From Octopus vulgaris (lineage: Eukaryota), in the NCBI GenBank assembly GCA_951406725.2, contig OX597824.1, forward strand, positions 43,524,001 through 43,588,000: 64,000 nt of DNA, given 5' to 3'. The notes beneath the pieces were generated by a model. It did not search any database and was not told the origin of the DNA. It worked only from the letters and a program-made list of their open reading frames with translations. Shown one piece after another: positions 14,777 through 26,773 of this stretch (positions are counted from its first letter, which is position 1; every line of letters starts with the position of its first letter). Position numbers and translations under genes: made by a program.

Positions 14777-15630
14777 AAGGCGGTGAGCTGGCAGAATCAT
14801 TAGCATACCAGACATATTGCTTAATGAAATTTCGTCCGTTTTTATGTTCTAAGTTCAAATTCCGACGCGCTCAATTTTGTCTTTCATCCTTTCGGGTCGA
14901 TAAAATAAGTACTAGTTGAGCACGAGGTTCGATATAATCGACTTGGTCCTTCCCACAAAATTTCAGGCCTTGTGCCTATTGCAGAAAGAATTATCGTTAG
15001 CAGTGGATTGGGAAGAGCGATAAAATGCTTTCAGATATTTTCCCGACTCTCTTACGCTCAGTTCAAATCCGCCGAGGTCAACATTGCCATTCTTCATTTT
15101 GGAGTTGATAAAATGGACTGACCGACAGTCAAGTACTAGGACTGATGCTAGTGACTAATTCCCTTCTTTTCAAAATTGCGGACCCTCTGCCTAAATTAGA
15201 AACCGTCATAGTTATAATCGAATTATTACTTATGTTACAAGGTGGCGAGTTGGCAAAGTCGTCAACACGCCGGGCAAAATGCTAAGCGGCATTTCATCCA
15301 TTTTCAGGTTATGAGTTCAAATTCCACCGAAGTCAACTTTACCTGTTATCTTTTCTGGGTCGATAAAATAAGTACCAGTTGAGCACTGGCGTCGATGTAA
15401 TCGACTTACATCTTCCTCCGAAATTGCAGGCCTTGTGCCAAAATTTGAAATCGTTATTTTTACTTATGTTACAAGGTGGCAAGCGGGGCAAATGCTTAAC
15501 GGCATTTCCGTACGTCATTACATTCTGAGTTGAAATACCGCCGAGATTGACTTTACCTTTCATCCTTTGCGATTGATGAAATAAGTCCCAGCTGAGCACT
15601 GCGGTTGAGGTAATTGACTATCCCCATTTG
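14777..15630 (+). mobile_element. Four head-to-tail SINE family C copies
   Basis: Recurrent AAGGYGG..AG.TGGCA...GTTCAAAT.CCGCCGAG...GTCGATAAAATAAGTAC..GTTGAGCAC units starting near 14777, 15000, 15239 and 15473. Confidence 0.85.
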
Positions 15631-15834
15631 CAACTGATTCACAAGCCACATGAAAGTTCAAAATCAAGATGCTGCACAGAACGAATATACAATTGCAACA
15701 CATGAATATTTGCAACAAAAAATGCAGGTCCTGCATTGGTCCTAAAAGCCATTATATGTTCCATGGTCACTGAAAACAAGTAATTTATCAACGATGGCCA
15801 TACTCCTTTAACGAGTAGACAACCATGATAAATG

Positions 15835-15867
<33 letters not shown>

Positions 15868-16366
15868 GTTACATGTATCGATATATATGCACGCATGCAT
15901 GTATATATGCATGTACGTATATACGTATGCGTATATTTCCATATGCTTCTGTATGCTTGTATATATTCCATATATTTGTATATATAGTTATAGATATATA
16001 TGTATGTGCGTATATATGAATGTATAATATATTTATGTCTGAGACACATACATTCACATATTTTATGCATGCTGTTATAATTTGAATAATTGATGTGTTT
16101 TCAATATGTGTCATTTGTCAGATGTATAAGAATTGCGAGCCAAGTATTTGATGCCATTGTTTTGCGGCGTCCGTCCAAAAGTAAAATGTGTCATAAATAA
16201 AGTCTCAAGCGGCCCACACGTCATCAGATATCATGTAGCAATTAAAGAGAAAGCTTTCTAGTCTCTCCAATGGGATGATTTTCACGTGAATGTCAGCCTA
16301 ATCACCAAGTCCTTCCAAGCCAAACATGAGCACAGTCACATGGCACTGAGACTTGGTAGTTGGGCC

Positions 16367-16409
<43 letters not shown>

Positions 16410-16645
16410 ACAATTGTTGTACTAGTAGTACTTGTAGTTGTAATTGTAGTTCAAATGCTGAGAGCGCAATAACAGAGAGAAAGTGAGAGTATGAGTGATA
16501 AACAAATAATAGGGCGCATGCGCAAATATGGCGTAGTAATGCAAATAACTAATAAAATATTTATTTTTCTCTCGCTCTCTTTCTTTATTTCTTTCTCTCT
16601 TTTTCTCTTTATCGCTTTCCCTGTCTTTCTCTTCATCTCTCTCAC

Positions 16646-16687
<42 letters not shown>

Positions 16688-19600
16688 TTTACCTTCTTGT
16701 TTTCGCTTTTTTGTAAACGAAATTATACATACATAGATATATATATATATATGCATATATGTATATATACACATACACATACACATACATATACATATAC
16801 GGAGACAGGAAGATTATGAACAAAACAGCTTAAATCAGACGAAATCAAATAAATTTAAATATTACAAAGCCTCACCGAGGATTAAGTGGAAGTGCAAACA
16901 TGTTCCTTTTCTAGTATTGATGTGCGAAAAAAGATTAGAGGCCATCTTTCCATGAACCGTTTCACGGTTCGATGACCGTTCCTGAGAGACGACGTTCCTG
17001 GTTTCCTTCCCTTCTCAGTAGCATATATCAGCATCCTTATAAAACAGCGATAAAATAGATTACTACTGAGGTGAAAACCTAATTTGCATATTTGTACCTT
17101 TTAACTAAAATCAACCTATATTATGTACAACATAATGGGCAGGTTATATAGTGGGTAGATTATACAATGGAAAGGTTTTTCAACGGGTAGGTTATACTTT
17201 GTACGACTAACTCTGAAAGACAGAAAAAGAACACAATACAGTTTGTTTGTAAAAAAAGCATCTATTGTGGGAAATGGGTTTATAAGTGGTTTCTTCTCGG
17301 CTGAGAAACTTCGGATTCCGACTGAAGTTCAGTCCAAGTATTCGAGGAAAGGAGTCTAGCTGTATTGTGCGTGAGGTTTTTCTATTAGCTTTTTTGGTGT
17401 TCGACGCGAAGCGTTAACAGTAGCAGTGCTGATACAAATGGTGCTAGTGGTGAAATGGTGGTTAATGGTGGTAGCGAATTGGCAGTGATGTGTAAAAAGT
17501 TTGCATCATGTTTAACCGTCGGGTCAATACTGAGCGAGAAAATCTATGATCAAAGACACTGCAATCATTGCTGAGGTGGTAGTGTTGGTAATGGTAGTGA
17601 CGGTAATACTTTAGGCTTAGCAGACACTCTGAATGTTCCGAATGTTGGGCGAAGGATATTAGTCGTGATGCTATTTGTCCTTTTTTGTCAAGTTGTCATT
17701 GTTACCATTCTTTCGTCCTTTTTCCATGGTATCTGCACGTGCAAATATTTTAACTTGAAAGGAACACTTAACAATTATGCAATTATCCCATCCACATTCA
17801 GCAGTCAATAAAACCTCTTTCTAGTATTTATTTTACTCAGAAGGGTGTGTGTGTTTGTGTGTGTGTGTATGTGTGTGTGTGTGTATGTCTGTGTGTGTGT
17901 GTGTGTGCGCGCGCGCGCGCGCGTGCGTATCCATCGTATTAGAAATATTTACGGCCTTTTTGAATCATTAATAGATCTCCCAAAGTAGAAGTGGCGAGCA
18001 TAATTAGTCGCTTTAAAGTTGGCAAGGCGTTCGTGAAAGAGTTGTTGCTTAGGTGTTGTTTGAGCAGACCTATGAACAAAAGTATTTCGGCCGTGAGCAA
18101 TCTGTCACTTATGTTCAAGAAGCCTGGGCCATACAATCTAACATGTCATCTTCTAAGACCGTGAAGGGATTTGATGGTGGTAAATAACGATTTTTATACT
18201 GATTGTTGTTACCATGGTAATAATAATGGTGGTGGTGGTGGTGATGCGATAACTGCAACAGTAAATCGGTTTCTGGTGGATGGGATTTTCGTTTTCATGT
18301 CTTTTTTTTTTCACAGTGGTAGTGATAGTTATTTTTAATAGTACCAATGATGACAACTGACTCAAGTTATGACGTTGATTAAAGACAAATTAGTAGTGGT
18401 GTGAGGCTGACGCAGTGGTGATGCTAGTGGTGAGGTTAAGTATGGTACCAAACATGACAAACCAAAGGATTTAGGTAAGACTACTTCATTGATATTGACA
18501 CTAGTGATACTAGTAGCTGTAGGGCTGCCAATGGTGGTGCTGCTGTTGATGACTATGATGATGATGATCATGGTGGATTGTGGAATGTGGTTGGTGGTGG
18601 TGGTGGTGGTATCTGAATTAGAAACAGTCGTTAGGTGGTAAGATGATATCATATGATGTATTTAACTATAGCTTATTCATCAATCATGAATATAATGATG
18701 ATTCATCCACTGAAAATTGAAAATATAACAACAAAAAATAATACACAACATTCGCTTTTCTATTAACAAGTTCAATACTTCTTTCCAATAGACCACAGAA
18801 AACTCGAATATAAAAAACATTAGAGGAGAAACTCTTTGCGAGATACTAAAAGAATAAATTAAAATGAAAGAAGGGAGCACCTTGTAATAAATAAATAAAT
18901 AAAACAATAAAAACAGAAGAGGGGGGAAAATAAAAGGAACAGCTTGTTTTGTTTCTCTAAAACTATATTTTATGAAATATTAATACTTTACAAAATAAAA
19001 TTTTATTGAAAGGAAAACTTTTAGGTTAATTAAACGTAAAGTTAGTGTTGTGAACTGTCAGAAAGATAGAGTCGAGCTAAATACATTATGACTGTAAATT
19101 TTTATACATTCCTCGAAGTAGTGTTTCTGTAATTTCAAGACATGCTATGTAAGCCGCCAGAATAGTGGAAGAAATGAGCAAAAAATTGTTGAACATTTAC
19201 GATTTCCATTTAAAAACGAGGGTTTGATTAAATTCAAATTATTTAATTAAATTATTTTCCGATATAACCGTTTTCGTATTTTATTGTTTCTTCTCAATGC
19301 TCCTCCCATGCTTTTAAATGTTTTGTAGCATATATTTTCAGTTCCTTTCATTTCAAGATTCAAATTCTACTCACATCGTCTTGACTTTACAGCTTTTGTA
19401 GAAGACGAAACAAGTACCCGTAATTCCCCGAAATGTATTTAAATAACTATACAATTGGAAATTCTAGCTTCATATCTAGTAAAAACAATAACATACTAAA
19501 AGTTTTAAAAGCCTTAAAATACAGGTAAAAATTACAGAAATCCGAGTCCGCTTTTCTGATCTCTGGGAGCTTACCTGTATTTTAAGACACGATCTCTGAC

Positions 19601-19883
19601 TCAACAAAATACAGGCAAACTCAATAAGCTTAACAGTAATTTATTACCTAGATGTAATAATTTCCCTTTACTTCGCTATTGTTTTTAATAAAAGCATAAA
19701 CTTCACCCAATCACATTTTTTATATTGACAACAATAGTTCGATATGTTCAGGTGAAAATGAATTCCTAAGCATTTACCCCAGGGTAACAAAATGCCAAGT
19801 GAGGAAGATAGGAACCCTCTATAGATTAGATCCTCAAGACGATTCATACAAACTGTATATACGGGGCAATCACCAATCAGTTA

Positions 19884-19953
<70 letters not shown>

Positions 19954-19990
19954 ATATATACATATACATGTATATACATATATATATATT

Positions 19991-20066
<76 letters not shown>

Positions 20067-20258
20067 TATGTATATATTCATATATGCATACATACATATT
20101 AATCTTTAACTGAACAGAGTGACTCAAGGTCCGAGAGTTTGGTGTGTTGATAAGTACCAACGCACCTTGAGTTGGTCTGTTGCTTCTGCTAAATATTAAT
20201 AAAAATATACATATATTCATACACATACACATACTGACACACACACATATATATACAC

Positions 20259-20325
<67 letters not shown>

Positions 20326-20329
<4 letters not shown>

Positions 20330-20533
20330 TATATTATATTAAATTAGAGATAAAACCACTATTAGGCAAATCATACAATGAAAAACTTAAGCCAATACAT
20401 AAGATTATTTAATTTATATTATTATTATATATTTAAATAATATAAATTAAATAATCTTATGTATTGGCTTACGTTTTTCATTGTATGATTTGCCTAATAG
20501 TGGTTTTATCTCTAATTTAATATAATATAATAT
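20326..20533. repeat. Near-perfect fold-back palindrome (~98-bp arms, ~12-bp loop) within (TA)n
   Basis: 20326-20423 versus 20436-20533 shows one mismatch by eye; an extra non-palindromic tail runs to ~20610. Confidence 0.92.
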
Positions 20534-20606
20534 TTTACTATAAAATTGGATTCAATCCTAAATCTGATTTTTCCCTGTAAGTTTGGATTTATTCCCTAAT
20601 ATTTAT

Positions 20607-20655
<49 letters not shown>

Positions 20656-20657
<2 letters not shown>

Positions 20658-21022
20658 TATTAATAAAAATAATAAAGAGTATGAAGACTTCTACATCCGC
20701 AAAATGTATCTTATAGTGTTATACAGCATATTATAATGACTTACACGTGTTTCCGCTGCAACAACTACTCACTGTTGCAAATGCAACCTTACTATATTGT
20801 CCGTGCAGCTTCATCAGGGTCCGTCCATTTGGTTCACTTTGAGGATGACCAAATGGACGGACCCTGATGAAACTGCACCGACAATATTGTAAGGCTGCAT
20901 TTGCAACGATGAGTAGTCGCTACTGCGGGGATACGTGTATGTAATTAAAATATGGTGTATACAACTATAAAATATATTTTGCGGATGTACAAGTCTCCAT
21001 ACTCTTTATTATTATTAATATA
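20656..21022. repeat. Fold-back inverted repeat (~180-bp diverged arms) containing hammerhead motifs
   Basis: 20656-20836 is the reverse complement of 20846-21022; both arms carry CTGATGA. Confidence 0.9.
20738..20821 (-). ncRNA. Type I hammerhead motif with an enlarged stem II
   Basis: Minus strand: GACC-CTGATGA-A-GCTGCA-(~43 nt)-TGCAGC-G-GAAAC-ACGT-GTA-AGTC; palindromic stem III ACACGTGT; stem I has one mismatch. Confidence 0.65.
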
Positions 21023-21255
21023 TACTCCAGACAACTTCTACTGTCCAGTATAGAGTACACGGAATTACCCATCGTAAAAATTCACGGAGCGACTAACAAC
21101 AAATTGCAGTCACTGAGACGTTAAATACTGATTTAACGTTGTGATTAGGCGTTAACAAGAACTTTACTGAGAGCTAAACGGGACCCGCCAAGATAATATA
21201 TCCCTCCAAACTCACTTATATATATATATATATATAAATATATATAGAGAGAGAG

Positions 21256-21550
21256 CTCTCCGTCGGTTACGACCGACGAAGGTCCCAGCTGATACAATCA
21301 ACGGAACAGCTTTCTCGTGAAATTAACTTGCAAGTGGCTGAGGACTCCACAGACACGTGTACCTTATCGTAGTTCTCAAGGAGATTCAGCGCGACATCAA
21401 GTGTGACAAGGCTGGCCCTTTGAAATACAGTTACTACTCATTTTTGCCAGCTGAGTGGACTGGAAGAATGTGAAATAAAGTGTCTTCAGGAATTGAACTC
21501 ACGACCTTACGATCTTGAACTGAATGCCCTAACCACTATGCCACGCGCCA
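21256..21550 (-). mobile_element. tRNA-derived SINE, family A
   Basis: Minus strand GGCGCGTGGCATAGTGGTTAGGGCA...GAGTTCAATTCC contains A and B boxes; homologous to 5045-5360. Confidence 0.85.
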
Positions 21551-21577
21551 TCATCATATATATATATATATATATAT

Positions 21578-21900
21578 CAGTTAGAAATGAAGATGATGAT
21601 ATTACATAACTTTATTTAATGTCACGATTGTTCCGAATGGCTAGAGGAATTATTTCATCGCTATACATCGGTTTCTATACATAATTAATCAATTAATGAA
21701 ACAGTTAGCCCTCGACCTTTCTCGTTAGACCCTATAGTCATTAAAAACTTTAGGGTCGGATGAGAACGGTCAAGGGCTAACTGCTTCATTAATTGATTAA
21801 TTATGCATGCATTATATAGCGATAAAGTAGTTTCTCTAGCCATCCGAAACGATCGTGACCTTGAATAAAGTTATGTAACAGCATAGTCTTCATTTTTCAG
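21578..21900. repeat. Diverged fold-back inverted repeat (~150-bp arms) with a degenerate hammerhead
   Basis: 21578-21734 versus 21751-21900; right arm reads GGTCGGATGAG...CCGAAAC-GATC-GTGACC. Confidence 0.8.
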
Positions 21901-22125
21901 TCTAATAATAACAAATATATATATAATTAGAGATATTGCATTTCTAAATCTCCCAGAGAGACTTATACAGTAGCAGTACAATAAAGTGATGGTTTGTTGC
22001 AAACTTAATGCGGCAGTCCCAAGAAAGGGAAGAATGCTGCTGCTATTTAGCCCCAGGAAACATCGTTTCCAGTTGGCTATGTGACACAAGCGTTCTGTGT
22101 CCTTAAGTTTTCAAACAGGGGAGAT

Positions 22126-22237
22126 AAGCACCTCCACCCAGCAGAGCCATTATCCAGAGACTAATTTCAGAGTCTTTGCTCTTCATCAGACTCTGAAACT
22201 AGTCTCTGGATGCTGGCTTTGCTGGGTGGAGGTGCTT
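22126..22237. repeat. GC-rich ~50-bp hairpin with a hammerhead core at its loop
   Basis: AAGCACCTCCACCCAGCAGAGCCA...TGGCTTTGCTGGGTGGAGGTGCTT; the minus strand centre reads CTGATGA-AGAG caaaga CTCT-GAAATTAGTC. Confidence 0.8.
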
Positions 22238-23049
22238 GAGTTGCATTATAAATTCTACCGACTAAAAATAATCAAAACTATTTATATACTAATGTATTGA
22301 GTTTTATTTATTGAGTTTCGTATATCAAACTTATGTATGTATATACGGATGGATGAATGTTATCTATGAAATTAAAATATTGAAGTTAGTGAAAATGGTA
22401 CGTAATTTATTCTAATATTTCTTCTTCGTCATTATATTTGATTCTTCTCCTCCTCTTTATCTCTTTCTGTTCTTCTGTTTTGCATATTCATCTCCTTGAA
22501 CCTCCTTTCTCTCTCGCTACTTTCTACAACATCCTTCTCTTTCTTTATCTCAAATAGCCATCAGAACTGAAGATTTTTCAAGGAAAATCATTCCCCAGCT
22601 ACAAGTCATCTCACTTGTTATAAATCTATAAATTCGTCTTCTGTGGAAAAAGGAAAATGAAAAGTTTATTTGGGTCACGTTTCTTTCTTTCATATTATTG
22701 ATCGCATGTGAATTGTAAGAGAAAAAATCTAGCAGACGAAAACATGGAATACGAAAATGGGGTTATTTTCTTTCTCCCCATCTAAAAAAAAAAGATAATA
22801 GAAATCAATGAATAAATAAATAAAATAATGATTGGCAATCTTATTTTAAGCAAAAAATTTATAGTTGGTAGAATTGGTTGAGAAAAGAAAAGAATATCAT
22901 GCAATATTTATTTACGTTTTTTTTGCGTTCTTGTATTGCCTTTCCTTCTTATGCAGTCGATAAACTAAGCGCCAGTCACGTACTCGAGTAGATCTAGAAA
23001 ACAGTGTTTTATAAGGACTTTCGTCCTCTCATAAAGTTGGAGTTACTAG

Positions 23050-23560
23050 AGGTCAGTCCGACATATGAAGATCCTTGAATCATTTCGTATCTGTTTGCTC
23101 CAATGCATTCTCGGACTAGTAATCGTATTCACTTTTCTTTATATCTTACACTGAAATCCAAAGAAGTACAAATAGAACATGTGTTGAAGAATTCATCTTA
23201 AAACGTCAGTTTCGTTGATCTGGGTAAGTCAACAGGATGCTTAAGATCAGGCTACCTAGAATAGTTATATACGACGTACTAGTGGAGAGTCAATATTTCC
23301 AATGGAGGTCAAAGAAAAAGAATTTCGAAGACTACATAAAGAAGTTATTGAAATTATACCACACACCACTTGTCGAATTACACGCAACGGCCTGATTATC
23401 TTCAGACGGTGTCTTTCATTTTGAAAGGGACCATACTACCCTGGAGGAAGTAAAAGAGAAGTGTTCGTCGCCAACAACAATCAAGGTAAAAAATTTGTAA
23501 CAACGATTTAACTTTTCAAACGTGTAGATGGTAATGAGGTTCTAAAATTGGCTGCATCAA
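23050..23560 (+). mobile_element. Degenerate RTE-clade LINE 3' fragment
   Basis: KRQFR*SG*VNRM...RLPRIVIY...GGQRKR, matching the QLRWxGHVxRM / RLPK / GGQxKR motifs of the RTE C-terminus. Confidence 0.65.
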
Positions 23561-23712
23561 AAGAGAAGTCATCGACCGGATAGATACGAGCCAAAAACAC
23601 TATCAAAATGCTATAAAACACTATCAAAATATTAAAATTACCTGTACACTCACTTAGAATATGTGGTCTTGTGCTTTTTAGAAATAATAATCATAATCAT
23701 CAACATCATTGT

Positions 23713-23744
<32 letters not shown>

Positions 23745-23899
23745 GTAGTAGTAGTAGGAGGAGGAGGAGGAGGAGGAGAAGCAGAAAGAGGAGGGGGAGG
23801 AGTAGCAGCAGCAGTGACAGCAACAATAGTACTTAAGAATTTCTTTCTATTAGCGTACGCATTTCCTTTGTAACCCACTCCGTTTTACTATTATCATCA

Positions 23900-23948
<49 letters not shown>

Positions 23949-23995
23949 CATCATCATCATCATCATCATTATTGTTGTTATTATTAACAACATAT

Positions 23996-24220
23996 AAGGT
24001 GGCGAGCAAGCAGATTCGTTAGCACGCTGGACAAAACGCTTAGAGGCATTTCGTCCGTCTTTACGTTCTGAGTTGAAATTCTGACTTTGATGTTGTCTTT
24101 GCGTTTCATCCCTTCGGAGTCGATAAAGTAAATACCAGCGAAACACTAGATCAATATAATCAGCCAGTACCCCTTCACAAATATTTCAGGCCTTGTGCCC
24201 TTAGTAGAAAAGATTATTAT
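23996..24220 (+). mobile_element. SINE family C
   Basis: AAGGTGGCGAGC...GTTAGCACGC...TTTACGTTCTGAGTTGAAATTC...CAGGCCTTGTGCC. Confidence 0.8.
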
Positions 24221-24318
24221 CAACATATCTTCTCTCTCCTCTTTATCTTTCTTCACATATCTCTGTACATATCTTTCAGTAGGTCATAAAGAATGGGTGC
24301 TGAAGTCGTGTATACTGT

Positions 24319-24389
<71 letters not shown>

Positions 24390-24584
24390 TCCTCTCTCTC
24401 TCTCTCTCTCTCTCTCCCTCTTCAATCGCTCGCTCGCTCGCTCACTCGCATATAAACAATAGAACCTCGGTTTTCAAACAACTCTGGTCAGAAATAAATC
24501 GTACCTTATCTCCTGTCTTTCTCATATTCATTTAATACGGTAGTACCTCTGTTTACGAACACTTCTGATCACGAATAAATCGTG

Positions 24585-24618
<34 letters not shown>

Positions 24619-24639
24619 TCGAACACACATATATCAATA

Positions 24640-24845
24640 TGTGACTGCATGTGTATCGTTGGCGATTATCTTTCTCCGTCTTCCCTTCCTTGAACCTTTA
24701 ATTTTTCTATGTTTCTGACGTAGAGCTCCGCTCGAAACATTAAATCCTCCTTCTTTCTTTTTCTTTCTGAGTGTCAAATAACACTATACTTGTTCCACGT
24801 CCTCGCGTTGTTGTGTTTTCTCTTTGTTCATGTTTGGAGTAACTA
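24640..24845 (+). mobile_element. Short PLE-like repeat with a degenerate minimal hammerhead (24711-24745)
   Basis: GTTT-CTGACGT-A-GAGC tcc GCTC-GAAAC-ATT-AAAT; homologous to the minus-strand copy at 48110-48322; flanked by (TA)n. Confidence 0.75.
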
Positions 24846-25039
24846 TATATATATATATATATAAACAGATGGAACTTCATGGAAGAACAAACCTGATAAA
24901 AGTAAAGATCGACAAAACCTAGTCAGACAGCGCAGGAAAGGAGACGAAAATAGCAATCACCTTTTGATTGAGTGCAGTGTACTAGCACATAAGGAGTATA
25001 AACGCAGACATGACTTGGTAGGCAAAACTAGATAAGACA

Positions 25040-26493
25040 AATGAAAGAGAAAATAAAGAAAGAATACTATAGACGAGTTAGATCAATACTAAAAACAGAG
25101 CTCAATGCTGAAAACAAGATAATAGGTATTAACACTTTAGCTGTCCCAGTTATAAGTTACAGCTACAATATCCTTAACTGGACGCTAAATGAACTAACCA
25201 AAATAGACAGGAAAACAAGAAAAATAATGACAGGATCTAGAATGCATCACCCAAAATCTGACATAGAAAAGCTATATATACGTACAACGTATAGGTGGCA
25301 GAGGTCTTATAAAGCTGGAAAACTACTATAAAATAACCACCATAGGACTGCAAAAATACCTACTTCAGAAGCAAGGAAAACTGATAAAAAATAGCGGCAA
25401 AACACGAGCAAAACAGAAAATTGTTCTCAGTATTTAAGGAAGCTGACAAATACAAACAAGAAATCATACCACCTAACAAATATTATGAAGAAGAAGAAGA
25501 AGAAGAAGAAGAAGAAGAAGAAGAAGAAGAAGAAGAAGAAGAAGAAGAAGAAGAAGAAAAAGAAGAAGAAGAAGAAGAAGAAGAAGAAGAAGAAGAAGAA
25601 GAAGAAGAAGAAGACACAACAAAAGCTATAAAGCAAATGAAATCAAAACTAAAACTAGAACAGCAACGGACCATGATAAAACGATGGCAAGAAAAGCCCC
25701 TTCATGGCAAGTACTGGACTAAACTAAATGCAAAATAAATAGACAAAGAAAAATTCCAGCAGTGATTGAGAAGCTCGGGACTCAAAGCAGAGACAGAGGG
25801 ATTTTTAATTGCAGCACAAGACCAAAGCATCACCACCAGGAATTACCAAAAACATGTAATGGAAAGAAGTATAACAAGTAACTGCAGAATATGTGGAGAT
25901 GGACAAGAAACAATAAATCATATTATCTCTGGCTGCCCAGTCCTGGCTAAGAAGGAATATATTCACAGACACGACAGAGTTGAGACCTACATACACTGGA
26001 AGCTATGCCAACATTATGGAATAACAACAGAAAAAAGATGATATGCCAATACACACAGATAGAGAAATTAAGGCCAACAAACCAGATATAGTTGTCAGAG
26101 ATTATGAAGGAAAAAAATGCTTTCTAATTGATGTATCAATACCAGCAGATGACAACGTGTCTCTAAAAGAAATGGAGAAACTTTCAAAATACAAAGACCT
26201 GGAAATAGAGGTAACTAGAATGTGGAATCTAAAAACAGAAACAATTCCTATCATAGTAGGAGCATTAGGCATGATAAAAAAATATTCAAACAAATACATA
26301 ACAAAAACACCAGGACTTACAAACACATATAACATACAGAAAATTGCACTAGTAGGCACTGCACACATCCTACGCAGAACACTTTCAATACAGTAACCAT
26401 CAGAGCATCCCAACAAATCACAGCACATACCCAAGGCACACAGAGCGGCGCTCGGTAGTGAAGTGAAAGCGCGTTATAAAATTAAAACTACTG
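25040..26493 (+). mobile_element. 5'-truncated R4/Dong-type non-LTR retrotransposon (thumb region, CCHC knuckle, RLE endonuclease), pseudogenised
   Basis: KEYYRRVRSILKTELNA...HPKSDIEKLY...AETEGFLIAAQDQ...CRICG..ETINHIISGC..RHD..KPDIVV..CFLIDVSIP..KYKDL; frameshifts and stops; ends in (AAT)n. Confidence 0.92.

Positions 26494-26773
<280 letters not shown>

Noticed and set aside
14777-15630. CRISPR-like repeated units
   Set aside because: The units are ~220-bp SINE copies in eukaryotic DNA, with no repeat-spacer structure or cas genes
17400-18660. GGT/GAT-rich region with Thr/Ile-rich minus-strand ORFs
   Set aside because: Decayed trinucleotide low-complexity sequence with no protein motif
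19514-19615. AAAATACAGGTAA / TTACCTGTATTTT short inverted repeat
   Set aside because: Only 13 bp, with no TSD or family evidence; not enough to call an element
20656-21022. ADAR (A>G) signature between the hairpin arms
   Set aside because: By eye the mismatches are a mixture of transitions and transversions with no clear directional bias
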